A DNA stretch of 64,000 bases from Octopus vulgaris (taxonomy: Eukaryota). Each line of letters begins with the position of its first letter. The stretch's first letter is position 1. Shown in pieces: positions 52,611 to 64,000 of this stretch. Under the pieces are notes generated by a model. The model saw only the letters and a program-made list of their open reading frames with translations, made no database searches and had not been told where the DNA came from. The stretch is from the NCBI GenBank assembly GCA_951406725.2, contig OX597820.1, forward strand, positions 37,386,001 to 37,450,000, given 5' to 3'. A program made the position numbers and the translations under genes.

Positions 52611-52839
52611 CATCATCATCATCATTATTATTAAGACAGCAAGCTGGCAGAATCTTTAGCACACTGGACAAAATGCTTAGAAGCATTTCATCTGTCTTTA
52701 TGTTCTGAGTTCAAGTCCCACTGAGGTCGACTTTCATCCTTTTGGGGTTGATGAAATAAGTACCAGTTGAATACTGGGGTTGATGTAATCGACTAGCCCT
52801 TCCAGCAAAATTTCAGGCCTTGTGCCTATAATAGAAAGG

Positions 52840-52881
<42 letters not shown>

Positions 52882-52938
52882 GCAATCAATTTAAACCCTC
52901 CCCAGAAATTGCTGTCCTTGTGTCAAAATTTGAAACCA

Positions 52939-52973
<35 letters not shown>

Positions 52974-53080
52974 TTTATTACAGTCACTAACATTCTTTAG
53001 GAAGGTATGAATGTCTCTTACATCCATGTTCTTCCTCAAAAAATTTTAGGCTGTGTGCCTATGTCAGAAACAAGTGATTA
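46760..53080 (+). mobile_element. Array of about 20 family-A SINE copies, head-to-tail, separated by (ATT)n
   Basis: Recurrent about 200-bp unit GAGCTGGCAGAA...TTCTGAGTTCAAAT...GACTTTGCCTTTCATCC...AAATAAGTACCAG...GGCCTTGTGCC. One copy is inverted (about 49676-49890). The count is by eye. Confidence 0.9.
47958..48178 (-). mobile_element. R4/Dong-like (RLE clade) non-LTR retrotransposon, 5'-truncated 3' end
   Basis: Minus-strand open frame 48178-48020: TTNIPVVIDALGTTPKMLPKRLKEIGIETHIVDLQKSTILYSARILRNFLEI*, typical of the PVVIGALG...LQK...ARILR C-terminus. A short 3' UTR ends in a TAA/TGA-type microsatellite. Confidence 0.8.
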
Positions 53081-53169
53081 TTGATCCACTTTTTGCCCAC
53101 AATAAATATGCAATGTGAACAATATAAATAGAGCCAGGTCACTTTGTTACTGATTGGCCTATGTATTAA

Positions 53170-53508
53170 TTCTCTGTTTCATACACACACACACACACAC
53201 ATGTATATACACGTACACATATATATGTATATGTATACATATATATATCTTTCCACATATATACACACACATATATATACATACTTGGAGCCTGGTACAG
53301 CCTTCTGGCTCGCCAGCCCTCAGTCAAGCTGTCCAACCCATGCCAGCATGGAAAGCGGACGTTAAACGACGATGATGATGATGATATCTATATATACATA
53401 CATATATATATATAATATATGTATGTCTATGTATACATACATTTATGTATGTATATATAATATATATTTATATGTCTATGTATGCATATATATGTATATA
53501 TCTATATG

Positions 53509-53539
<31 letters not shown>

Positions 53540-54029
53540 GTATACATACATACACACATACATTTATATGTAGACATATTTAAACACATATAAACGTATA
53601 CACAACACATACTAAATGTATGTGTACATACATATATATACACACACTCATACATACACACACATATCCATAAATATATATGTTTGTACATATATATGTA
53701 TATATAACAGGCTCTCTCTTATTGGACTCAAACTTCATATCCCTTACATTCCAAGTAACTGCAACACACATTGCACCAAAGGGAGCCTGTTCTGCTGATT
53801 TTTTTTTCCTATCCTAGATTGGTACTTTTAAATGTCTTATATGTATGATATAAAACTATTTATTTATAAGTTGTAATTATATATAGTTCTGTCTGTGATG
53901 AATTTTGTAAAAAGGCAAAAGAAAAAAAAAGAATTACAAATGATGAACTTGTAATGTCTGTACAGAGATTTTTGTTTTCAATAAATGAATAAATGATATA
54001 ATTATAAATAAGTAAATAAATAAAGTAAA

Positions 54030-54064
<35 letters not shown>

Positions 54065-54174
54065 CACACACACACACATATAATCATGTATAATTATGAC
54101 AGTTATGTATATGTGCATGTATGTGGATATATATATATATATATTTATACGTATATATATATATATATATATAT

Positions 54175-54207
<33 letters not shown>

Positions 54208-54350
54208 TATATATATGTGTATATTTATAAGTATATATATATATATATGATATATACATACATATATATATATATATATATGTATGTATATGTATGTATA
54301 TTTATACGTACATATATATAAGATATATATATACATACATACATATATAT
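53170..54350. repeat. TA/CA-rich microsatellite blocks (53170-53710, 54030-54350)
   Basis: Directly visible; a short family-C fragment lies at 53286-53385. Confidence 0.9.
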
Positions 54351-54680
54351 GGATGAAAAAATGTTTTGACATCACCATGGTTAAAGGGTCATCAAAATAT
54401 TGATGATGATGATGGATTTTATGTGATAGAAATGATTCTTGTCTCAATGTATCAATCAGATCCCTGTGTCAAATTGTCTGTATTTCTGAGATGAGTTATT
54501 GCAACAGTGAACATATTTTGGTGCCATATATTTAATATACATATGTAAACATCTTCAGATGTCATATATTTAGTATATGTATGTAATCTCTTGGTTACAA
54601 TTATTATACTTAAAAAGAATTCAAATGCTGCAAATTAAAATCAAAATCCGGTATATGCAATTGAGGCAGTATTAAATTAA

Positions 54681-54894
54681 CCCCTTTAGCATTTAAACTG
54701 GCCATATGTGGCCAAAATACTTTACCTGTTTTATGTTCAAACCTACCAGATCCTGCCTTTCACACATACTCTACAATGTCATTCTAAAAATAAACAATCA
54801 CATCATCAAAATCTTGAAGCTGTGAAGTAATGCATGATCAATTCAAAACAATGTAAATATATAAGCATTACATTCTGAATGTGATGTTAAAGGG
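54681..54894. mobile_element. piggyBac-like MITE
   Basis: TTAA|CCCCTTTAGCAT ... ATGTTAAAGGG|TTAA: TTAA target duplication and CCC-starting TIRs. Related copies at about 10905 and 15527. Confidence 0.8.
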
Positions 54895-55554
54895 TTAAAA
54901 TAGCCATCTATGTATTATACTTAATGTATATACATTGTTGAGAGGCCAGTTATTGCAGTATTTGTCCTGAAGTAACATTTCTTGAGAACTAACACATCCA
55001 TAAGATGTTAACTCAAGACGAACATCACGGTAACTACCTATTGATAATATATCATGTCTGCTAAGCTCATCTTCATCAATTCACCGCAGGAAAATCCACT
55101 ATCATCAATTCACCACAGGAAAAGTTAATAGTCATCAATTCACTGTAAGGAAAGTACACCATCATCAATTCACTGTTTTTTTTTCTCAATAAAATAGTTT
55201 TTAACTATTAATGGTAAGATACTATGGATATATTTTCTCAGTAAACTTTCCTTGCGATGAACTTTCCTCACTGTAAACTTTCTTTATGGTGAATTGATGG
55301 CAGTGAACTTATTTGTAATCATAATGTGTATACATTGTGATACATAGATGCCTATAAAAGTAAAGATTCTGAGTTGAATTCTAACCAAGGAGAGCATTTG
55401 TTTATAAATATTGGTATACGAAATCAAAATGTAGTGTAGTGAAAAAATATATAAAAGTTAAGGTTAATAGATTGATTTGTTGTGTGTGTATCAATTTTGT
55501 CAGCTGGCGTCAAAGACAAGCAGCTAACGAAGTGCTGTTATTATTATAATATAT

Positions 55555-55775
55555 ATTAAGGTGATGAACTGCAGACTCGTTAGCATGCCAGACAAAGTGC
55601 TTAGCGGCATTTCGCCTGTCTTTATGTTCTGAGTTCAAATTCTGCCAAGGTTGATTTTTGCCTTTCATCCTTCCTGGATTGATAAAATAAGTACCAGTTG
55701 AGTACTGGGGTTGATGTATTTGACTCATCCCCCTACTCCGAAATTGCTGGCCTTGTGTCAAAATTTGGAACTGTT
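55555..55775 (+). mobile_element. Family-A SINE copy
   Basis: Complete head-core-tail motifs as in the 46.7-53.1 kb array. Confidence 0.8.
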
Positions 55776-56223
55776 ATTACGTGTGTGTGTGTATATATAT
55801 GTATATATGATTGTCATGTTGTAACAGTTGTTCATAGAATTAATGTCTTTTTTTTTTAATTTGAAAAAAACAAAACAAAAAAGCAATGAAAGTATAAAAC
55901 AAAACTCAAGATGAATCAGGTACACTTACATAGGTGTTAGACAGAGCATCCAACCATAGAAACTAAACCAAAAACAAAAAAAAAAAAAAAGTAAAAGAAG
56001 ACAAAAGGTATGAATGATGCTTGTTCCTCTGATCTGTTTAGGAGAGCAGTAACTTTGAATAAGAATTGAGTTCCAATCCATGTCAGCATGGAATGTGAAT
56101 GTAAAATTATGATTAATATATATGTATGTATGTATACACCCAGTGTGTATATATATATGTATAAACACAGTGTGTGTACATCTGTATATATATGTATATT
56201 TATATGTGTGTGTGTGTATACAC

Positions 56224-56282
<59 letters not shown>

Positions 56283-59200
56283 ACACACATTGTATGTATG
56301 TATATATACATGTATTTGGTTCCCTTAGTTTACTAAAGATTCAAATAGCTTTCCTATAATGTTTTAAAATTAAACTTCTTTTGAAGTTTTCAAAGAAAAA
56401 AATATAAAGTTTTTTAAATTTAATTTAAAGCATCTCACTGCTTTTTATAAAAATAATAATTTTTTCATACTCTTGAATATATGTTGAGCTGGTGAAGTGG
56501 CTATGTGGTTCAAGAATTTGGATTATCAATTCATGGACTGTGAGTTCAAATGCTTTTTAGGACCATTTTAAATTTGTTTATGCAAATATTTTCTTGTTTT
56601 TAGGCACAAGAAATGGCTGTGTGGTTAGGGAGTTGTTTTCACAACCATGTGGTTCCAAGTTTGATCCTCAAGTGCAGCACCTTAAACAAGTATTTTTTAC
56701 CATTGTTCTTGGGTTAATCTATTGCTTGTGAATGGAACTTGGTAGAAGGTCATTAGAACCACATGGTTTGGAGTTCAGTCTCACTGCTTTGGGCTAGGGT
56801 TCTTTATTATAACCACAGGTTGGTTAATACCATATGAGTGAAATTGATAGATGGAAACAAAGAAACCTGTCATATATATGTACATGTGTGTGTGTGCATG
56901 CGTGTATGTAGATGAGTGAATTTGTAATTCCCCTTGTATTCATGTGTGTGCTGATTGAAAACAAAAGCCTCATTTTTCATGCAGAAGGTGTCGTTTGTTT
57001 GCAGTCCTTTTGTAACAAAAGAATATCCAGGTTGTTTGTTGTTCAGTAGGCTGGGAGATAGGCAGGTGAAGGTTAGCATCAGGAAGGGTGTCCTGTTATA
57101 GAAAACTGCTTCAACATAATCTCATTTGACCCATGCAAGCATAGAAAAGTAGATGTTAAAAGGATGGTGATGCATGTCTTGTGAATAAATTTGGTGAATA
57201 GAAACTGTATGAAGCCTGTTATGTGTACATGTCTGTGAGAATTCTTGTGAAGCATGTTGGATTTACTTCATGTGAAAAGCTTGGTGAGCTACAAATGGTG
57301 AGGTTTGTTGTCAATACCCTGTCAACAAGTTGTCTGCTAGCTTTGTACTTCCAAGATGTGTGGAATAAGAAATCTCTTAACTGAAAGGAAGGACATCCAC
57401 TTTTAAAATAAGATATAACTCAATAATATATATTCAGCTAACTCATGCTAGCATGGGAAAAGGGACATAAAAAAGTTCAATAACAAATTAACTGTGTGTG
57501 TGTATGTACCATTGTCTATTGGCAAAGGATATTAACAGAAGTGAGGAAACTGAAAAATGAGTTTTTATTCACCAACCTCTTGACATATTTGCACTGCATC
57601 AAATGGATCATGCTGGTGCTATTGTTCACCAATTGCTATAGAGAATTAATAATACACATACTCTCTAGCCATATTAAATGGGTACTTATTGACTTAATCT
57701 ATTACCTGGGTTAACACCACTATCTGGCTCTCAGGTGTTGAACATTTTGAACCAGGTCTCAATCTGTGAAAGTCATATTTTCCTGTAGACAAATCAATGT
57801 AGTATAAACATTCCAACATCGTCACTATCTTTCCAAATTTTGCTGCATTTCACATGGAATTTTTGGTCCTCTAAGATCATCTTGAATAGGTTAACTTATA
57901 CATTGTGGTGTATAAGTTGATCTGTCTTGTTTCACTGTAAATTCTGGTCTAAAAAATTTGACTTTTATGTCAGAAATTATGGTAATTTCTTCCTACCAGT
58001 CTAGGTGGCCCTGGAAATGGTCACAGATGTTGCCCTTGCTCCTCTGATTAAACCAATTATAAAAGTAGTAGGCTATAATTCCTCTATGATTAACCAAAGA
58101 AAGTCCTTTAGTAAAGTATTTAGTTGATTTATTTTAGTCACAAACAACAGAGCTGGGCAGTTATGTACTCCAATTCTTCAAACTATCTCACATCAAATCC
58201 TAAATATATGTAAATAAACTAAAATATTTTTGCATTCTGGTTTTCTTGTTCAAATTTAGCGTTAGCAGTGGCAATATCTGGGATTCTTTTTGAATGCTTA
58301 TAAGTTAGTAAATGGATCTAAAAAAATTTTTTTTTTAATTTTAAATACATGCAGAAGCATCTGAGCATTCTGAACTTACTAGAAAAAACAGTAAAATTCT
58401 TTTCAAATCATACCCTATTTAACATTGGCAATTATGGTCCTAAATATACAAAATGAAGGGATAGTTAAGGTTGGAATGGTTTTGATCAGGCATTGGGCCT
58501 TTTGATACAGCCTTCCCAAGACTGCACTTAGCTCTATGAGCACAAAATTCAATTTTAAAGTTATCTATATGAAAACTCAAAATTTCATGTAAATTTATGT
58601 TCTAAACGCCAAGTTAATAATTATTATAATTATTTTATTTAATTTTTTATTGTCAAGATTAATTTAAATAAAGATATTATGAAAGAAATATGGTAACAAA
58701 ACAGTTAAACAATACTAAAGTACAAGTTTGAGAGAGACCTTGGGAGAAAGGCTGTATGTGTTTGTGTAAGAGCCATGCAAATGATGCATACAGCTTCTGT
58801 CTCAAATTACAAGTAATATTTCATGTGAAAATTTTTTGTCATAGACACTTTCATAAACTTAGTATAATTGCTGACAGGTGTGATGGGAGTGGAAGTAGAT
58901 AGGATTTGTGTTTCTGGGCCCAAATAACTCAAAAAACAATCACCATCATGCATACATGAATGTCTGTTTTCCATGCTGGCATGAGTTGAACAGTTTGAGA
59001 TCTGAAAGGCTGGAGGACTGTGTTGTGCTACAATGTCTGCTTTGGTGTGGTTTCTGCAGATCATGCCCTTCCTAAAAGCAACCACTTTGCAGAGTGCATT
59101 TTTGTTTTGTTTTTTGTGGCACCAGCATTAGTGAGACCACCATGTAGCTTACAAGACTAAGATCTCTCTTTGCTGAGTAGGGCTATGGTAGAGGAGGAGG

Positions 59201-61368
59201 CAGCTTTACGCAAGCCGATGAAAGACTAGAGTATGAAGGAAGAAGCCAGAACAGGTTTTTTGATTTAGAGGAAATACATGTGTTGCTTACAATTATTCCT
59301 TTAACTATGAAATTAAACTTTGTGGTTATTCCAGAAATGATGTTAAATATCTGAGAAAAACTAGAATTGATATTTTCTGCCTCAATAAGCTTGACATATC
59401 TTAACAAAAAATAGTTTCAGACATGACATTCATCAACAAATGATAGATTGATATATAAAACCGTTTTTCACAGTTTAGGGAAAGGAAATTTTGAGCGAAT
59501 ATTTCTGATTTCCACAGTAACAGGGGTTAATCAAATTCAACTGGGCCTCCATCGAAGGCATGTATTTCCTCATAGGTGGCCAACCATTGAACCCTTATCT
59601 ACTTAAATGTTATTGCACTATATAGGTAGCACAGTTTATATTTTCAAATTGTTAAAGCATTCTACAAATTAAATGGTTGAGTAGATATGGTGTTAGACTA
59701 CCAGGTTATGATTCATGGGTTCAAATACACAGCTGTGCCATGTTTGATATATTGCTATATTGTAGTGGAGGGTGCAATGAAAATCCATTGTCTTGAGCTA
59801 TGAGCAATGTTAATGTGGTGGGGAAATGATAGATCACATTTTACTTCTTTGATATGTCTGATTGTGTGTGTGTAGATGTGTTTAAAAGATTGAGTGCGCG
59901 TGTGTGTGTGTGGTTGTGTGGTATGAAGTTCACTTCCCAACCACATGGTTCCTGGTTCATGTTCGTGGCATGTTGAGCAGGTGTCTGGTACTATAACCCT
60001 GGGCAATGTGAGTGGATTTGGTAGATGGAAACTGGAAGAAACCCACTGTATACATATGTACACATCTATGTGTGTGTGTGTATCTTTCAATAAGTACCAG
60101 GCTTAAAAAAAGTAAGTACTGGGATCAATTTGTTTGACTAGAACTCTTCAAGGCAGTGCCCCAGTATGGCTGTGGTCCAATAACTGAAACAAATAAAAGA
60201 TATATATATATATATATACCAGGTTGTGTGTGTGTATATACATATCTATCTATCTATCTATATATATATATATATATACCGGAGTAAACACATAAATGTG
60301 AAACAAGGTGGAAAAAAGAGTACTCAAATACCAGGGGTAGAGTAATATATATATATATATATATATAAATCCTTTGGAATGTTTTAAGCTTTGTTAGAGA
60401 TGATCCTAAGAAAACTTGCTCTGTTCTGAAAAGCAATGTTAACTGATAAGTTTTATCAAATATATTTATTGCTAAGTAGTTTATTTCCCAATTAAATATT
60501 TGACTTTTCAATATAAATTTTAAAAAAATGATTTTAATTTCTTTTTATTAAATGTAAAAATCAAAAGGGAAATTTATATAAAAAAAAAAATAATGAACAT
60601 GTTTGTATTTGCTTTTCATTCTTAAAATTATAATAAAATGAAAACTATATTTCTTTTTCACAGAAAGGAAAGGTTTTTTTTTTCTTTTCTTTTCTTTTTT
60701 TTCTTCTGATATTGTTGTGTTATACTATTTTATTATATACTGTCCCTGAGACTTTCAAATTATATTATTTTTTATGGACTTAATAATACAAAACAAAATT
60801 AGGATCTTTTCAGTTGCTGTCACTGATTTGGAAATTTCAAAATTAAGTGAAAATTTTCAAATTTTGTATATTGATGTAACTTTTCATGCTGAGTTTGAAT
60901 TTGGGATTCAGTTATTCCTGAAAAAATTTAGTTAAATGTTAGAGGTTCAAAGTTTTATAATTTTTATCCATTCATGAAACAAGAGTTGGAAGCTGGCATT
61001 TTCTGCATGGCAGCTGTCACAAAATGATTTGTGTCACAACTTGTGGTGGTGAAAGTGTCACAGTAGCACACATACAGTGCCCTTGTAACAATGAAAATAG
61101 GGCAGACTTTGGAAACAGACACCAATGTAAGATTATGGCCATGTATATAATGGTGGTTTTCAATTGGTTAAAACTACCCAAAATTTGCTAACTTTAAAAG
61201 CTATTAACTTTTTATTTATTAATTTACGGCAAGAATTAATTTCATTTTCATAATTAGCATACAGAACTAAATTAATATACCAAATTTGAAAACAATTGGA
61301 ACAAAATTAAAAAATTATGAAATCTGTAACAGCTACCAAAGGGATCCTAAGATAAAAACAAAAATATT

Positions 61369-61429
<61 letters not shown>

Positions 61430-61870
61430 AACATGTATGTATATTATCCTAGTTGCGAAAGAGACAATAAAGTGTCTTGTTTATTTCTGTGCATAAATAA
61501 ATAGTTTTGTTCTTTTAACTTTAGTTGTTACAATAAACATTTTGAGGAATTTTAATAAAGCTGTATCATAAATACTTTCGACTAGTCATTTCATAAATTT
61601 AAACTTTGTTACTGTTAAAAATATAAAAGAGAAAAAAAAAAGAAAACAAAATATTGCAAAAGATGTTTTATTTATGAATAATGAATTATATTTAATTATA
61701 CAAAGTACTACTTGTTTTTCTCTTTATGTTTACATTTTTGTTTTGTTATTAACAGTGTTTAAAACTGTATTTGAAACTTAAATAAAAAAATAGTATGGAA
61801 TTTTTTTGTATTACTAGTCTTTTTGTCTTATAAATAAAAACATGTGTGTGTGTGTATATATATATATATA

Positions 61871-62115
61871 TCACCGTGACCGACCAGGCTCCAAATGACG
61901 CCACGCCGCTGGCTAAGCAAGCAGGCCAACAGAAGAAAGAGTGAGAGAAAGTTGTGGCGAAAGAGTACAGCAGGGATCGCCACCTCCCCTCTGCTGGAGC
62001 CTGATGGAGCTTTTAGGTGTTTGCGCTCAATAAACACTCACAACGCCTGGTCTGGGAATTGAAACTGCGATCCTACAACTGCGAGTCCACTGCCCTAACC
62101 ACTGGGCCATTGCGC

Positions 62116-62119
<4 letters not shown>
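61871..62119 (-). mobile_element. tRNA-derived SINE (same head as 31068)
   Basis: Minus strand GAGGCGCAATGGCCCAGTGGTTAGGGCAG...GCAGTTTCAATTCCCAGACC; CpG-rich. Confidence 0.82.
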
Positions 62120-62157
<38 letters not shown>

Positions 62158-62248
62158 GTAACGTAGTTGAATGAATTATCCTAGTATGGATAATTCGGTT
62201 AACCGATACCCGGGTAGCAAATTCACGTCAGAAAACACGGTTGAAGCT

Positions 62249-62299
<51 letters not shown>

Positions 62300-62359
62300 C
62301 CTTGTGAATGTATTTGGTAGACAGTAACTGAAAGAAGCTCTTTGTATATATATGTATAT

Positions 62360-63205
62360 ACAAAGTGCAAACAGTATTTGTTTGCAATTTTCAGCTGCCT
62401 ATTTTATGCATATTTTTTTTTAGTTTTGTTGTTGGATTTTTTCTTCTTAATGATAACCATTTTTGTTTCATTTTTTTTGCAGAATAATTGACTATGGAAA
62501 ATTTTGACCCCCACAATTTGTGGAAGAGGCATGGAGTCCTTCTTGTTGGAATCCGCACCAGAAGAACAAGCAAGGAGATTTCAGACTTCTTCAACATTAG
62601 CAGAAGGATAGTAGAAAAGGTCAGAAAAGAAGTGGAAGAGTCAGGATTTGATTATGTGGTAATAGCAGAGAGGAAAACCCATGATCTACAACCTGACACT
62701 ATCAGAATGCAGGACTTCGTTGAAGAAGTCCAGATCATCAAGTTGATGCATGCCATTGCAAGGAAGAAAGGTGTGGATGAAAAGCTTAACAGGCTGGAAA
62801 TGCATGAGGATATTTGCTAATTTTACATACAAGAGGAGGAAGGGACAATTTTCAGTCTAAGGTAATGCAGGAAAAGTAACTCAAGCACACCAGGCTGATA
62901 AATAAGCTGAAATACCTGCTGGAGCCAGACATGCTGTGGTTCTTTTCTAACATGAAGAATTTCTGCCATGACCAGAAGACCAGCTCCCAGAACAACAGGT
63001 GGCTTGCTGTCTCACCCAATGGATGTGGCCAGAGTCATGCAGACGAAATTTCCAGTGACAATCATAGTCTTTAGTGTCGTCAGCAGTGAAGGTGACATCA
63101 TGCCACCCAGCTTATTTGCTGAGAGCCTCAGGCTGAATACTGACAATTACATCCATGTTCTAAGTGAGATGGTGAGCTCTGGATCGACCAGATGGCTGCA
63201 GGGAG
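62360..63205 (+). mobile_element. Degenerate Tc1/mariner-superfamily transposon, DD37D/maT-like, 3'-truncated
   Basis: HTH-like ORF at 62488-62820, then frameshifted WFFSNMKNF.DQK...QNNRWLA and VMQTKFPVTIIVFSVVSSEGDIMPP...LRLNTDNYIHVL, resembling FSDEK.F...TKFP..VMV.GVVS..G.MPP transposases. The third catalytic residue is not present, so the subfamily is inferred. Confidence 0.78.
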
Positions 63206-64000
63206 GTCGATTTGGCTGTTATTTCTAGATGCCCTACTACCATGTAACAACTATTTGTGATAAAGAACCCGAAATACCTGTTACGTGGTAGCTGGGCATG
63301 CAAGAAATAGCAGCCAAATCTTACCTTTTCTGGGGAAAGGAGCTGTTTATATGTGATTTTGATGTCACATTCATTGAAAGCATGTGAAATAACCTGAAAA
63401 AGAAAAAAACCCACAAAACAAAACTCCGTTGCTGGGAAACTCAGAGTTCCCCAGTGACCCAATGGGTCACAATGTATATATACCACCTTCATATTCATCA
63501 TTGTCATTTCAGTGTTCACTTTTCCATTTTAGCTTCTCCAAATTTCTTGATTATTTTCATTGTTTTATTTGAAGAGGGGATTTACTCTGAAATAGAGGAT
63601 TATTAAATAACCTACATAAGTTGATGCAATATCTTTATCTTAACTGAAGGCATTATAGAGATAATTAGTATTAAGAATAGAGTTGATAACAGGTGGGCCA
63701 CTGAGGTGTTGCCTGTGCATTTTGGTTCAAGACTCTTCAACTGAGGGACAGGAACAGGTGCATGGCTTCCTCAGCTTGAAGAGAGAGAGAGAGAGAGCTA
63801 TCTTTGATGATGAGGGAATATCCACAAAGTACAAGGTGAACATGAGAGAGAATGAATAATAAAGCAGTGAGAGATATATGTGAAAGAGAATTAGTATAAC
63901 AGGGAGTATTGATAATGAAAATGATTTCCAGGTTTTTCTTGCACAGACTAAATTAAGCCAAGGTCTCTTGCAGTAAGATGCAATCATTGTCATTTAACTT

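Noticed and set aside
46760-53080. CRISPR-like repeat-spacer array
   Set aside because: Units are about 200-bp diverged SINEs with microsatellite linkers in eukaryotic DNA; no cas genes.
57700-61350. Exons of a second host gene
   Set aside because: Only short ORFs without recognisable domains; the sequence resembles decayed repeats (57790-57960 resembles 35620-35770).

Overview
This is eukaryotic, AT-rich, microsatellite-dense DNA, not prokaryotic. Its repeat landscape looks like an octopus/coleoid cephalopod genome (recognised from recalled SINE families, not a database search). One host gene is reconstructable: a spartin (SPART/SPG20) orthologue on the + strand with six coding exons (24375-25110, 30205-30405, 32087-32278, 33645-33803, 35886-35976, 40553-40784). 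All introns are GT-AG and phase-compatible, giving 1611 nt = 536 aa + stop, with MIT, PPxY and senescence domains. A CpG-retaining zone at about 4.4-7.1 kb is the likely promoter/non-coding first exon, and the 3' UTR may be very long. The rest is transposon-derived: the 3' end of a young but disabled Ty3/gypsy-type LTR element (1-1817), a mariner relic, a DD37D/maT-like relic, two Helitrons with both termini, Penelope, RTE, L2/CR1 and R4/Dong fragments, several MITEs and dozens of SINEs, including an array of about 20 head-to-tail copies at 46.7-53.1 kb. Most short ORFs in the supplied track are microsatellite or SINE artefacts. I cannot support a new multi-gene system here. The most interesting signals are repeat-built dsRNA hairpins in the spartin transcript, two small structured palindromic elements, the SINE array, and lineage-specific features of spartin.
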